NCBI GenBank assembly: GCA_026770705.1
Contig: JANJGN010000025.1
Span: forward strand, 18,042,001-18,106,000
DNA from: Isurus oxyrinchus
Lineage: Eukaryota
Length of the DNA: 64,000 nucleotides
Direction of reading: 5' to 3'
Shown here: one piece after another, positions 24,326 through 37,669 of the stretch
Layout of the letters: the number at the start of each line of letters is the position of its first letter
How positions within the stretch are numbered: the stretch's first letter is position 1
The notes under the pieces: model-generated
The model's database searches: none
What the model was told of the DNA's origin: nothing
What the model saw: the letters and a program-made list of their open reading frames with translations, nothing else
Program-made: the position numbers and the translations under genes

Positions 24326-25192
24326 TGCACCGCCCCCCACCCCCCCCCGCCCCGGCACTGGAACCCTGCTGGCCTTCCAGCAGTTTCCAGGTGGGGCCCC
24401 TCCTTGATGGGAACTCCATGGTGCACAGAGATTATGATTAACTGCCAGCTGACTATTATGTATATGTCAGGTTGATGTACACCTTCTTTATCTGATTTAT
24501 CCCAGACAAATGCAGCGAAGGCACTAGTTCCAAATCTGCAACACGTTTATTTACAGTACTTTAAAACATCTGAGAACTCATAGGCCCTGGTGGAAGGACT
24601 CCAAGGTCCCTTGAAAGTTTCAGACCCATATTTTTAACCAGGTGACGCAGTATAAAAGATTGTGGGGTCGAAATTCAACTCCAGCGGGCAATGTAAAATG
24701 GATCAACTATTCATTATATACCTGGCTGAATTTCCTTAATGGAACTTGCTAAATAGTTGGAATAGTAAAATCGTGAATATTTGGCAAAATTGCATTTTTC
24801 CAATCGAGAAATTTCAGTGAAGAATCCAGTGCTGGAATAAGTGAGAGACAGAAGACTAGGCAAACTAGGAAGTCACAATTGGTGCAGAAATTGGGATTAT
24901 TGGAATCAGTGAATTGTAGGAGAACACGAAGACCTGGGAGAAGAAAGAAACCCCTTTTTCTGTGCGTGTGAACAAACGAAACAAGGAAGGAGATATTGCA
25001 TCGATTTCCTAATTTCAACACAGTGAGAAGATGCATACCTCAAGAGGTGTGATATGTTAAAGTGTCTGCATAGTTTGAGAATACCCTGCATGAGCAGTGA
25101 AGCAAGAAGTGATTTGACTTATCGGAATGTCTGTGTAAAATCATTTGGAGCAGGTTATTTTGTTGGGATTTTTAAAAGTATTTTGTGAGATA

Positions 25193-25210
25193 GCAGCTCC
25201 CTCTGCTGGA
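25193..25210 (-). promoter_or_regulatory. Possible CTCF-binding motif
   Basis: Reverse complement tccagcagagggagctgc resembles the vertebrate CTCF core; motif match only. Confidence 0.3.
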
Positions 25211-25270
25211 TGCTTATTGTAACCAACAAATAAATAAAAGTTGCCTGATTTTCCTCCGTGTTTACACCCA

Positions 25271-25869
25271 GGGCAGAATTCCCACCCCCCCCCCCGTTAG
25301 GGGCGGGCTTGGGCAAGCGGCCCTCCAATCGACGCCCCCAATTAGTGGGCGTGACAATTAAGCCTTATGCACTTCCTGTGAGGGGGGGGGTTGGATTCGG
25401 AGGTGGGCTCTGATCTCCCTGAGACTAGGTGCTGCCTCAGGGAGATCGGTTCCCAAAGTGAAAAAGTTACTACAGTGAAAATTTCATTCACTGTCCATGT
25501 CCCCTCATGTGACAATGAGTTGGGACATGGACATAATGTTAATTAAAAGTGCCTGTCAATTTTTTGATTCAGCAATGGAACCTCATCCCACCCGGGAATG
25601 AGGTTTTGCGCCTTTTCTGGTGCCCACCAGGCTCTCAGCCTGTCCGACAGCCTTCAGGTTGGACGGGCAGCTCCGCTAATGAGCTTAATTGACTTTTGAA
25701 TGGCCTCCATTGGCCGTTGACAGGTCAGAGGGCGCACCGCCGACTCGGCTGCTTCCCCTGCTTACCTGAAAATGCCAATGATGCTGGATGACATCGGGAG
25801 TTCCGCCCGACATCAGTACACATCAGTGAGCAGGCCCCGCCCCCGCTTGCCAATGGGAAACTTCTTACC
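25271..25869. mobile_element. Harbinger-type MITE (degraded right TIR)
   Basis: Starts gggcagaattcc and carries the family's internal palindromes. Confidence 0.72.
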
Positions 25870-26441
25870 ACAAAGTTCACGCTGGGAGCAGACCAATAAC
25901 GTGGCTTGACAGTTCACAGAATTTTGTGTGACACACGTGTAACTATGCTACCCCCCCCAAGGGCAGAACTTTTTCACTGAGCGAGCGGGCGTGCGCCTGA
26001 CCCACTCGCATGACCATGTCAGGCGAGCATCCCAGCGTCGTTGAGCCCTCACGCAATATTTGGGTTGGCGGCTGCAAGTGGGATTCGGAGTCGCACCCGC
26101 CATTAAGTAAGAAGCCAGTTAAGGCCATTAAAAAGGCAGCTGATGGCCATTTTACGTTGCCCGAGCGCAAAGTCGCACGGGTTAAACTGGCAAAGCCGGC
26201 AATTTACAAAACCTCACCCACGGGTGGGATTAAAAAGGGTCAGCAGCTTTGCCAGAGTGAGTGGTGAGGAGTTTGGTACATAGTTTGCTGCTGGTGACTT
26301 GGCAGCTTCATCTCTGTTCAGGGCTCCATTCTTAGCATTTCCAGGCTTCAGTTTAGGCCTCCATAATGTCTCCAAGGACCCCAGAGGATTCAGACCGTGT
26401 GGGTCCTTCCAGGTATCAGACAGCCTTCCCCTACCCTGGCA

Positions 26442-27690
26442 ATGGGGATTGTGGTCTCCACTGGAGACACGTCCTCCTCTGAGGAGGAAGAGAGGGGCAG
26501 AAGGGAGAGGAGGCCGGGTGTCCCAATGCAGCTTCCAGGGGAGGGACCTGTGGGAGGCCAGGCGCAGGCACAAGGGGTGCAGGGCCAGCAGGTAGTCCAA
26601 GGTGGAAGGGGCCGCAGAAGATGCCACTATCCTGTTGCCAGGGTTTACAGGCGGCGATGCAGCTACCTCAATATGTCTAAGGTGCAATGCCGAAGGAGGC
26701 TCCATCTCTCCAGGGAGACAGTGACCTCCATTTGTCAGATGATTGGGCCTGAGATCAGCTCCAACTGTGTGGGTGGACACCCCATGTCAGTGGCTCTGAA
26801 GGTCACAGTGGCCCTCAACTTCTATGCCTCTGGCTCTTCCCAGGGGTCAGTGGGGGATCTGTGTGGAGTCTTCAAATCAGCTGTCCACAGTTGTGTCAAG
26901 TGGTGACAGAAGCTCTGTTCAGGCAGGTATTGACTTTTATTTATTTCTGTACAGACGAGGCCAGTCAGACACAGTGAGCCAGAGGCTTCATGGCCATTGC
27001 TGGCTTCCCCCGTGTTCAGGGTGCTATAGACTGTACACATGTGGCCATCAAGGCGCCAGCAGGTGAACCCGGTGCCTTTGTCAACAGGAAGGGCTTCCAC
27101 TCCATGAACGTGCAGATAGTGTGTGACCACAGGATGCTGATTCTGCAAGTCTGTGCAAGGTAACCTGGCAGCTCCCATCATGTGTACATCCTGAGACACT
27201 CCCAGGTGTCGAGACTCTTCAGTGCTCCAGCCTGACTGGATGGGTGGCTGCTGGGTGACAAGGGCTATCCGTTGAAAAGGTGGCTCATGACACCTCTCCG
27301 CCATCCAAGAACAGAGGCAGAGCAGCGTTATAATTGGACTCATGTCTTCACAAAGGCGGTAATAAAGCGAACCATAGGACTTGGGAAGATTCGCTTCCGA
27401 TGCCTGGACCATTCAGGGGGTGACTACAATACCTCCCAGAGCGGGTGTCACTGATGGTGGTTGCATGCGGCACTCTCCACAATCTGGCACTGGCAAGGGG
27501 GGATCCCACTGGAGGAAGAGGGTTTTGAGGCAGCTCCACAGGCTGCAGATGGTGAGTCCAGTAGTGAGTCCTAAGGGGACCACAGTGAGGAGAACGCTGA
27601 GGGGTTGGAGTCAGACCTCGGTAACCTCCCGGGAGGCTGGGACACCAGGGATGCCTTGATCCAACGCTCTTTCAGCTCGGCTGCCAAATA
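26442..27690 (+). pseudogene. Harbinger DDE transposase (HARBI1-like), with frameshifts and stops
   Basis: [50 protein letters not shown] (catalytic E position mutated to K), RFRCLD. Confidence 0.92.
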
Positions 27691-27931
27691 AGCGCTACCA
27701 CCTCATCCTGGGGCTGCTGCCTCCATCCCGGATGTCAGAATTGACCCTTTCCTTTGACCACAAAGCCCACTGACTGTGCAATAAAGTTTCGAGCTACCCA
27801 CGTCCAGCATTCCATACTGGCGTACCATGCACCACATTAAATTTTAAAAAATGAAGTACACTCAGGACAAAAACATTGCACAACAGAAGATCGCCTGTGA
27901 CCAGCCCCTATTGTGCTCATGGTACTTTAAA

Positions 27932-29746
27932 CTAATGTTTGCGAGTGCTACGTCTTGGTGCTCCCCCTTGCAAGCGACATTGGAGGCAGCTGCTGACCCT
28001 GCTGTCCTGTTGGTCTTGATGACCTTGGCTGTTGTCCTCTGGCCAGTGGAGCCTGTGCTGGCCCCGCCTGGGAGGGAGCGGCCAGTGCCATGGCTGGCAT
28101 CTCCCCAGTCACCACAGCTTCATCAGATGTCACAGTCACTGGCGGAGGGGTGGAGGAGCTGCTGCCATCATCCAGAGCGCCCTGAGAGGAGCCCACAGAG
28201 ATAATAAGCAGCTCGTGTGCCAATGTGAAGTTGCTCTCGACACCCCTGCTCACCATTGATGGACGGGCACCTGGCTGGGATACCGGGTGCCTCATCTATC
28301 TCCCACACTGGCACTGACCACCTGAGGTCATTAACTGTTTGAGGGATTACAGGTCCGAACGCAACCCCAGGAACCCCTGATTCTTGCCCTGGAGCTGCCT
28401 CTCCATGAGAGTCACCCCTCCCTCAATGGAGGAGGCAGTGCGCTCGTCCATGAGAGTCAACGCAGTGCTGAAGCTCTGCATGGGCTCCTCCATTATGAAG
28501 ACCATGGCACACATACACTCATGGATATCTGCCAGGTCCTCCCGCACATTCTGCTGGACATCCAGCATCTGCCCCCTAATGGACGACTCCAGAGGCTCAT
28601 CATCTGGCTTCAACTCAACATTGCCCTGGTTTCCAGCAGTCCTCCGACTGCCGGCACCCTGGGCACTCTCTGCCTCCAACTGCATCACAAGCGGGTGTAA
28701 AGTGCCCTCACCGCTGTGCACCCACATTCTCGTCACTGATCTAATGCCCACTGAGGTGCCTGGTTCAGATAGCAGGTGTGAAGCAGATGCATCTGGAGCC
28801 TGGTGGTCCTCTGGCGTTAGGGGTGGGTCTTTGGGGTCCTGCGATTGGGTGCGTGCTGCCAAATCTAAGGGAGAACAGCAACATGTCATTAGCTTAAGCC
28901 GTCACACTGTCACTGTGCATGCCAGGCACCCTGGAGAGAACATGGAGATCTGCATCATGGTGCCATCGGCTTTCAATGATCAATGGGGAATCCGGTTTTA
29001 AGATTCCCATCAATGGTGAGACTACACAAGGATGTTTGTACCATCCAAAACTCTCAGCTCTGTACACTGCACGCTTACCTTCACCTGACACCCCACCCTC
29101 TCCATGACCGGCTGACCTGGTGCGACCAAGATGGACTCTCTATCTCCAAGGCATCCAGCTCGTGCCTCGTGAGGATTAGGAGGTTTTGGGGGCCTCCACT
29201 GCTCTGCGACCCCCTCAATGTTGTTATGGGCTGTTTTCTACTGAAATGACAGAGGAGCATTGATGAGTCCACTCTCTACCTGCAGCACCATTGCAGCCTG
29301 GCTGACCCCAGCTGAGGAACACCTCGCAGGGCACATCTGAGTCATGGCCCTCGAGCCACACGGCGCTCAGTCCAAGCTGCCAGGGCTCAGCCCATTGCCC
29401 AACTCCGGCATCATTGATGGTTGGCATTCAGTACCTAACACCTCTGAGCTGGGATGACCAGACCTTAACACTTTAACACACTGACCCTTGCTAACATGGT
29501 ACTCACCCTTTCTGATCACAGCAGGTCATTAAACCCTTGTGACACTGGACCCAGGTGCGCAGCACAACATCATGGTTGCTGACCAGTGCTGCCACCTCTC
29601 CCCAAGCTTGTTAGATGCAGTGGCCACCTCCTTCCATCCCTGGGGCCAAGGGTGCCCCTCCTGGCAGCCCCCACCTCCTGGAAGACCACGAGTCACTCAT
29701 CAGACCTGCCCTCCGGCCTGGCGTCTGCAGCCACACTGGGTGCCAT
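27932..29746 (-). pseudogene. Harbinger Myb/SANT-like gene; exons about 29746-29507, 29240-29079, 28864-27932
   Basis: Collinear with 7880-9588; same splice sites (gtgagt at 29506, gtaag at 29078). Confidence 0.8.
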
Positions 29747-29780
29747 AGTTTCCTGTTGACAACACCGATGATGTCTTCTT

Positions 29781-29923
29781 TATAATAAATAAAAGCAAAA
29801 TGCTGCGGATGCTGGAAATCTGAAACGAAAACAGAAAATGCTGGGAAACCTCAGCCGGCCTGATAGCATCTGTGAAGAGAGATACAGAGTTAACGTCTCG
29901 TGTCAGTTTGACCCTTCTTCAGA
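29781..29923 (-). mobile_element. Short Penelope-like insertion inside Harbinger E, starting at the hammerhead core CTGAAGA
   Basis: 14-bp TSD gatgatgtcttctt at 29767-29780 and 29924-29937; reverse complement reads tCTGAAGAagggtcaaactgacacGAGAcGTTaact. Confidence 0.85.
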
Positions 29924-30720
29924 GATGATGTCTTCTTCGCTGGCAGCCTCCCAGCGGCTGCTTGGACCATTTTTAAACTGGCCACGGTGTTGTCATTGGA
30001 CCCGGCGGCCGACAGGCCCCATCCCCCACTCGACCCTTCCCGACAAGTGAGCAGCCGCAATTCACGCTTGGCAGGTTTTATTGGCCCACCGGAGTGAAAT
30101 CACAGTGAGGTGCGGATCACGGGCACTGTCCCGTTTACCGGCCGCTCCTGGGCCCACCGACCACGCCCAGCCACCCGGCAAACTCAACACTCTGCCCCAA
30201 GCCTCCTTGACCTTTTACACCCGTCTGAACAAATGTCCGCCTCCGCCCCAGCTCTTAAACATGAGAATTCTCAACTTGCACATGTTCACTGGGGATTTGC
30301 ATCATTTGCCATCAGGTTTTCAGGGATGCCCAGAAAGAAAATATTTTTTTCAGGCGCTTAATAGCAATTCTTTGAGTGTTTTATTTTTATTGAACCTCAC
30401 CTTCCTCCTGCTCTGAGCTGTTTGTTTCTTTACACGGCATCAGCAAGAGTCACGTGACAAATTGAAACGCACCCACAATTGCCGCTTCCTAAACATACTG
30501 GGGCTGAATTTTGCCCTTGATGGGCGGGCAGCCAATCACTGCCGCTGAAACGGGCTGCGTCGCTATTTTGTGGGGGTGGGCCAATTAAGGGCTGCCCAGC
30601 GGGTTTGCGACTCCCGTGTACAATGATTTGTTGTGCTCTGGAAGGGTGAGTACCATGTCAGCCTTGACCATTTGACCCATGAGGTAGACTTAGCCTTTGA
30701 GGCCTCCCCCGCCATGTCTT

Positions 30721-32335
30721 GAAAGCCAGTGTCCAGGGATCTGTGCTGGGTCCCCTATTATTTGTCATTTATATAAACGACATAGATGACTATGTGTAGG
30801 GTAGGATTAGTAAGTTTGCGGATGACACAAAGATTGGCCAGGTGGTTAACAGTGAGGTTTGAGTGTCTTGGGCTACAGGAAGATATAGACGAGATGGTCA
30901 AATGGGCAGATAAGTGGCAGATGGAATTTAAACCTGAAAAGTGTGAGGTGATACACTTTGGAAGGAGTAATTTGACAAGGAAGTATTCAATGAACAGCAT
31001 GACACTAGGAAGTTCTGAGGAACAAAGGGACATTGGCGTGTTTGCCCATAGATCTCTGAAGGCAGAGGGGCATGTTACTGGGGTGGTGAAAAAGGCATAC
31101 AGAACCATAAAACCATAGAAAAGTTACAGCACAGAAGGTGGCCATTCGGCCCATCTTGTCCATGCCAGCCCAAGGACACCCAGGTGCCCTTTCTAATCCC
31201 ACCTTCCTGCACTCGGCCCATAGCCCTGCAGCTTACAGCACTTAAGGTGCAGTTCCAGGTACTTTTTAAAAGAGTTTAAAGTTTCTGCCTCTACCACCAA
31301 CTTGGGCAGCAAATTCCAGACACCCACTACCCTCTGCATAAAAAAGTTCTTCCTCATGTCCCCCTACACCTTCTGCCACTTATCTTGAAGCTATGTCCCC
31401 TAGTTCTAGAATTCTCCATCAAGGGAAACAATTTTATCCTGTCCACTGCATCTATTCCCCTCATAATTTTGTACACCTCAATCAAGTCACCTCTCAGCCT
31501 TCTTTGTTCTAAGGAAAATAACCCGAACCTATCCAATCTCTCCTTGTAGCTACAGTTTTCTAACCCTGGCAACATTCTTGTAAATCTCCTCTGCACTCTC
31601 TCCAGAGCTATTACGTCCTTCCTGTAATGTAGTGACCAGAACTGCACACAATACTCCAGTTGTGGCCTCAACAGTGTTTTATACAATTCCAATATGGGAC
31701 ACTTGCCTTTATCAATTGAGGCATAGATTACAAAAGTAGGGAGGTCATGTTGGAGTTGTATAGAACCTTGGTGCGGCCACAGCTGGAGTAGTGTGTGCAG
31801 TTCTGGTCGCCACATTATAGGAAGGATGTGATTGCACTGGAGGGGGTGCAGAGGAGATTCACCAGGATGTTGCCTGGGATGAAACATTTAAGTTATGAAG
31901 AGAGGTTGGTTAGACTTGGGTTGTTTTCTCTGGAGCAGAGAAGACTGAGGGGTGCCTAATCGAGATGTACAAGATTATGAGGGGCATGGACAGGGTGGAT
32001 AGGGAGCAGCTGTTCCCCTTAGTTGAAGGGTCAGTCACGAGGGGACATAAGTTCAAGGTGAGGGGCAGGAGGTTTAGGGGGGATGTGAGTAAAAGCTTTT
32101 TTACCCAGAGGGTGGTGATGGTCTGGAATGCGCTGCCTGGGAGGGTGGTGGAGGCGAGTTGTCTCACAACCTTTAAAAAGTACCTGGATGAGCACTTGGC
32201 GCGTCATAACATTCAAGGCTATGGGCCAAGTGTGGGTAAATGGGATTAGGTAGGTAGGTCAGGTTTTTCTCACATGTTGGTGCGGACTCAATGGGCCGAA
32301 GGGCCTCTTCTGCACTGTGATTCTGTGATTCTGTG
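30721..32335 (+). mobile_element. 5'-truncated CR1 LINE in the Myb intron of element F
   Basis: GSVLGP, KFADDTK, WQMEFKPEKC, FFTQRVV; tail (ctgtgatt)n at about 32315-32335. Confidence 0.92.
31100..31691 (-). mobile_element. CR1 3' fragment inserted antisense into the preceding CR1
   Basis: LELYKTLLRPQLEYCVQFWS on the minus strand; tail agaaccataaaaccatagaa; the host rejoins as aaggcata|tgggacac. Confidence 0.9.
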
Positions 32336-32865
32336 TGATACTGTTGTTACTGCACTGGGCATTTGCCACACACTGGGTGGGCAAACAGATAGTGACCATG
32401 CTTACATCAGCCTTACTCGTTGAGGAGAAGATGGGTTCTCCCCGCAGCATATGTTGGTGTTTGTCACATTTTGAGTAGTCTGGGGACAACCTGCAGGGGG
32501 CAGCTAGACACATACTCAGAACTCCAACACATATCTTATTGATGGTGATGAGATGGTGGAAGGGGAGCCTCAAGGTGTCGTGGCCAAGAGCCATCTGCTG
32601 GCCTTGGCGCTGCAGCTAGTTGCGCCTCCTTGCCATGGGTGCAAAGACCCGTGTGTTATTCAAAGTGATGGACGCCGAATGTGTCCAAGGTGTCCGTTGG
32701 GGGAGGGGGTTGGGACCAGCTGTACTATCTTCTGGGGACTGATCACCAGTAGTGTGGACAGGAGCCGCTGGAGGCCTCAGATGGGCCACTGTGGTTGGGG
32801 TGCTGCGTGCGCGTGCAGAGTACATGAGCGATCAGACCCAATAAATCATCTTCTCTGTTCTGCAG

Positions 32866-34495
32866 ACAAAAACTGAGAGCAATGTGCGGCAGTGCCAGCA
32901 GACTGGTGGTGGGCACACCCTGCTCCAGCGCCTCACCACCTACGCGGAGCAGGCCATGGAGCTGGGGAAGAGGCAGGCGGCCAGTGCGGCAGGTGTCAGT
33001 GAGGCTGGGGTGCAGCGGCCAGGTATTTGAGGTCCACAGTCCCATCCACTCTGTCTGCCCATCATCCAAACCACTGATGGTTGCTGCAATCATTAATGCA
33101 GCAACACTGCTCATTCACAGACTGATACAGTCAGACGTGTGGGTCATACAGAAAGGTCCCTCAGCCCCTTGAGGATGGGCGTCTCCAGCACCTTCCAAAG
33201 TTGCCTTATCCCATTTGTGACCACTATCCCCATGGCCTAACATGCCAGGGCATCGCTGCTGCACAGCCAAAGACGTTTTGGATCTTAGGAGGGTTTGTAC
33301 CTCCACCACCCTTTCATAACATTCCATGTGGCAATCCTTAGGCTATCTGACCAGCCTGTCTGTATGTGCGTGTAATGTTTGGGCCTCCTCTTGACTATTT
33401 ACCACCCCACCAATGTCCATCTCCTTAGGCTCTTGAAGGGTGAGTGACTTATGAGGCTGGGGGAGGTGGGGGAAAGGGATGAAAGGTGTTACTGACTGAA
33501 CGCTAACTGATGCACTGTCCTTGTTGTTAATTTCAGCATCACCACCGCATGGCCGCCCCCAACATGTCCAGAGCCCCCCCTCCACACCCGAGGGCCAAGA
33601 CTTACAACTTGCAGCACATCATTTCAGCCAGCCAGGCACCAGCGCAGTGACAAACACTTTGGTGGGGAATATAACACTGGCTAGTGTCCCTGGGCACAGT
33701 GGAGAGGGCACTTCACAATTGCTGGAGGAGATGGCACGGACAGTGTGTGCCGATGGTGCCAGCAGCCGGAGGACTGCAATGGACCAGGCACATGCTGAGT
33801 CCGGCAGTGATGATGTGCCTCTGGAGATGTCACCAATGCAGCAGCTGCAGGACAAGCGGCCGGGTGCGCAGGAACATCTGGCAGGATTGCATGAGGGTGT
33901 GCTTCAGTTGGTCTCTGTGGTGGAGGAGTCCAGGCAGAGTGTCAGTGATGGCATGAACCTCAGGACAGAGGTTCAGGCTTCCTCCACTGAGAGATTGGCG
34001 ACTCTCATGGAGAGGAGCTTCAGTCGGATGGAGGCTCTTCTGTTTGGGTTACGCTCTGCCCTGCAAGTCCTCACAGCGCTAATGGCCACGGTGGTCATTC
34101 CCAATGTGGGAGATGTTCTGAGCACCAAGTGTCACCACTCGGTGCCCATCCATCTGCGGTGAGCAGAGAGGACCAATGTGACCTCACGTTGGTGCAGTAG
34201 CTGCCTGTCGTCACTGTAAGCTTCTCTCAGGGCGCTCTGGATGAGGGCAGCAGCTCCTCCGCCCCTCTGCCAGTGACCGTTGCATCCATTGAGGCTGCGA
34301 CAACTGGGGAGGTGCCAGTTCTGGAACTGGCCACTCCCTCCCAGGTGGGGCCATCACAGGCTCCACGGGCCAGAGGACGACCGCCAAGGTCATCGAGGCC
34401 AACAGTTCAGCAGAGTGAGCAGCTGTCTCACAGGCCACTCCGAGCGATGGGGCAGCACCTAGACGTAGCACCCGCAAACGAAAGCATAAGGCCCG
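32866..34495 (+). pseudogene. Harbinger Myb/SANT gene exons 2 (32866-33022) and 3 (from 33537) of element F
   Basis: ttctgcag acceptor then TKTESNVRQCQQTGGG; ORF 33521-34162 is homologous to 28347-28889 (QPGTSA, STERLATLMER). Confidence 0.75.
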
Positions 34496-34801
34496 TTAGG
34501 CACTCCACGGGTATGTCACTGGTGATTTTGTGTTGGCCCTAGATTAGGGAAAAATAGTTATGTACATCTGAGCGATGTTTGTGTTTTATTTCGGACTGAA
34601 TAAAGTCCACTTTTCTGACCATGAGGGTGTTTCCTTTGTGCTGCATTTGTATGTTTCACAGACATGTCCTGAGTGCTTGAGTGGACATTGATGTTTCTGT
34701 ACTAAGCCCTTTGTTGCAGCTGATGAGGTGGAAGATGTAGCATTAGTGCCACGTGTGGAAGCGCCAGGCAACGCTGGTCCTGCTGATCCATGTGTGTGGA
34801 A

Positions 34802-36026
34802 CTAGCTGAAGGTTTGTTAGATTAAAGTGTCCCCGGTGTCCCTGCCTCCTTGGTGTAGTAGCGGGTCAGCGTGCTGCCCCTCATCATCGCCCTGTGATTC
34901 CTCATCCTCTGAGACACTGCTGGATTCATCATGTGCAGCCTCATCCACTGCGTCAAGGTCTTCATCGTCAACTGCGTCCCCCCTTTCCAGCACAGGATTG
35001 TGCAGAGTGCGGCATGCTATCATATCACAGAGACGCGATCTCGGGGGGTACTGGAGTGCGCCCCCTGAGCGGTCCAGGCAACAAAAGTGCATCTTGTGAA
35101 GACCGATGGCTCTCTCCACCACAGCCCTTGTGGAGCCGCGGCTCCTATTGTACCGCTGCTCAGCTTCTGTTCTTGGATGGCGGAGAGGCGTCATGAGCCA
35201 CCTTCTGAGGGGATAGCCCTTGTCACCCAGCAGCCATCCATCCAGCCGGGCTGGAGCACTGAAGAGCCCCGGCACCTGGGAGTGTCTGAGGATGTAGGTG
35301 TCGTGGGAGCTGCCTGGGTACCTTGTACAGACTTGTAGAATCAGCATCCTGTGATCACACACTATCTGCACGTTCATGGAGTGGAAGCCCTTCCTGTTGA
35401 CAAAGGCACCGGGCTCACCCGCTGGCGCCTGATGGTCACATGTGTACAGTCTATAGCACCCTGGACACGGGGGAAGCCAGCAACGGCCGCGAAGCCTCTG
35501 GCTCACTGTGTCTGACTTGCCTGGTTGCAGCGGAAGTGGATGAAGGTCAATGCCCATCTGAACAGAGCGTTTGTAACCTGCTTGACACAAGTGTGGACAG
35601 CTGATTGGGAGACACCACAAAGATCACTCACCGATCCTGGAAGGAGCCAGAGGCATAGCGCTGGAGGGCAACTGTGACCTTCAGAGCCGCTGGCATGGGG
35701 TGTCCACCCACACAGTTAGGGGAGATCTCGGGGCCAATCATCTGACAGATAAAGTTGACTGTCTCCCTTGAGAGTTGGAGCCTCCTTCGGCACTGCACCT
35801 CAGACATATTGAGGTAGCTGCTTCGCCGCCTGGCAGCAGGATAGTGGCGTCTTCTGCGGCCCCTTCCACCCTGGACAACCTCTTGACTCTGCACCCCTTG
35901 TGCCTGCGCCTGGCCTCCCAAAGGTGGCTCCCCTGGAGGCTGATTGTCCACTCCCGGCCTCCTCCTTATTCTATCCCTCCCTTCCTCCTCAGAGGAGCTG
36001 CCTCCAGTGGAGATGTCAGAACCCAT
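34802..36026 (-). pseudogene. Harbinger DDE transposase (HARBI1-like), frameshifted, DDE triad intact
   Basis: GAIDCTH, GDKGYPL and VVERAIG, followed by an acidic C-terminal tail. Confidence 0.93.
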
Positions 36027-36649
36027 ACCCAGGCTAAACGGAGGCCTCCGGAAAGCTGCAGGCCCGATAAAGATTACTGTCTGCAGAGAGCTGAGCTGAA
36101 GCTTCAAAGTACAGAGAAAGCTATTGGAAATCGATCTGAACTAGTAACAATCACACAGGCAAGTTTAAAACACTTTCAGCATTAAATACTTCAGAAAAAA
36201 CATGAACAACCCCTCTGAGCCCACATATCCCGCCCGTGGATGAGGTTTGTTAAAGAATCAGTTACCTGCCTGCCCATTGGGCCCGTGCACCGAGCCGAAG
36301 ATCACACGGTCTCCTCAAAATCAGCGTCGATTGACGAGTTAAGGGCCTTAACCAGGCCTTTAATTAATGGCAGATGGGTGGCCCGCTACATAGTGCCCCC
36401 ACCCACCTAATTATCGCGATGCTGCGTGCTGACGTCGGGACACTTGTGCGACATTTTAAGCGCTGACCTGCGGACTCCGCCGCCCACACGTCAGCCAGAA
36501 AATTCTGCCCATTGTGTCTGGTGTGCATGAATGATGGTTAAATAAGTTAAAACTTATATATTTACATTTGAAGAAGAAATATGCAGTGTGTTTGGCAATT
36601 TCCTCAAGCCCCAATAGTTTACACTGACTTAAGCCCAATATTTTTTCTT

Positions 36650-37022
36650 TATTTCTTGATAGGATATGGGTATTACTGGCAGAGCCAGCGTTTGTTGCCC
36701 ATCCCTAACCTTGATCTGAACGGTTTACTAGAGGGCAGGGAAGAGTCAACCACACTCACAGATTAATTGCTGTGAACCTGGAGTGATACATTGATCAGAC
36801 CAGACAAGGATGGTAGATTTCCTTCCCTAAAGGACCTTAGTGAATGAGGTGGGTTTTTATGACTATCAATATGGTCACCATTACTGAGACTAACTTTATA
36901 AATTCAGAGTTATTAACAGCATTCAAATTTCATCAGCTGTCATGGTGGGATTTGAAGCCATGTCACCAGAGCATTAGCCTTTGGATTACTAGTTCAGCAA
37001 CATTACCACTATACCATCATCT
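36650..37022 (-). mobile_element. tRNA-derived SINE (same family as 46972-47345), degraded
   Basis: gatttccttccctaaaggac and catggtgggatttgaa. Confidence 0.72.
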
Positions 37023-37669
37023 TTGTTAAGGTGCATTCTAATGAGATTGGAAGGACACTTGAGTGTAACTTGACACCAGCAAAATTGTGTGCAATTTCAG
37101 AATAAGCTTTGGGTTGTGCCCATAGAGGCCAGTGTGGTCTCTATGGGAACAATTCAGAATATAAAACATAAATGAAAGCTTTCATTGCAGGCCAATAATT
37201 AATACCAAACACCAGTGGTTAACAATCTTTTAAATAACCCCAGCTAATACGCTAACAGACCGAAAGACTGCAATCAATTGGCATGCAAATTCTGTTGAGT
37301 TCAACCTTTCTCTACAGTAGATACTGATCTGAGTAGACAGCCAACCTTTGGAAGGATTTTCCCTCCCCATTCCTCATGGTCTTAAATTTGCTGCTTTTAA
37401 ATATAAAGGTGCCAAGATCAACATGCTTTGAACAATCTACTTCTGCTACAGAAAGGCACTTTGCAAAATTAAATACAGTCCATTGTAGAACTTGTCATGA
37501 ATGTGGCAACCAAAAAGGAATACCTACAAGAGTACTCTTTCACAATAAACTTGATCTGAATGACCCAATATATCTATAAATGTAATGAGCCATTTGTAGT
37601 GTGCATTGTATTTGCCACATGGCAGGCACGCTGAAACCATTAAATTTATTCTCGTAGACGAGGTCACCA

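Larger units (their letters stand above)
25961..30197 (+). mobile_element. Full-length (inactive) Harbinger transposon E with convergent nuclease and Myb genes
   Basis: TIRs gggcagaact and actctgccc; TSD caa at 25958-25960 and 30198-30200; both genes present. Confidence 0.93.
30501..36510 (-). mobile_element. Harbinger transposon F (nuclease on -, Myb gene on +) with Myb exon 1 mostly deleted and nested CR1s
   Basis: TIRs gggctgaatttt at 30501 and gaaaattctgccc ending 36510; Myb exon-1 tail tacaatgatttg...ggaagg|gtgagt at about 30618-30652. TSDs do not match clearly. Confidence 0.8.

Noticed and set aside
34817-35620. Host HARBI1 gene
   Set aside because: Multi-copy, frameshifted and inside TIRs; it is a transposon copy, not the domesticated single-copy gene.
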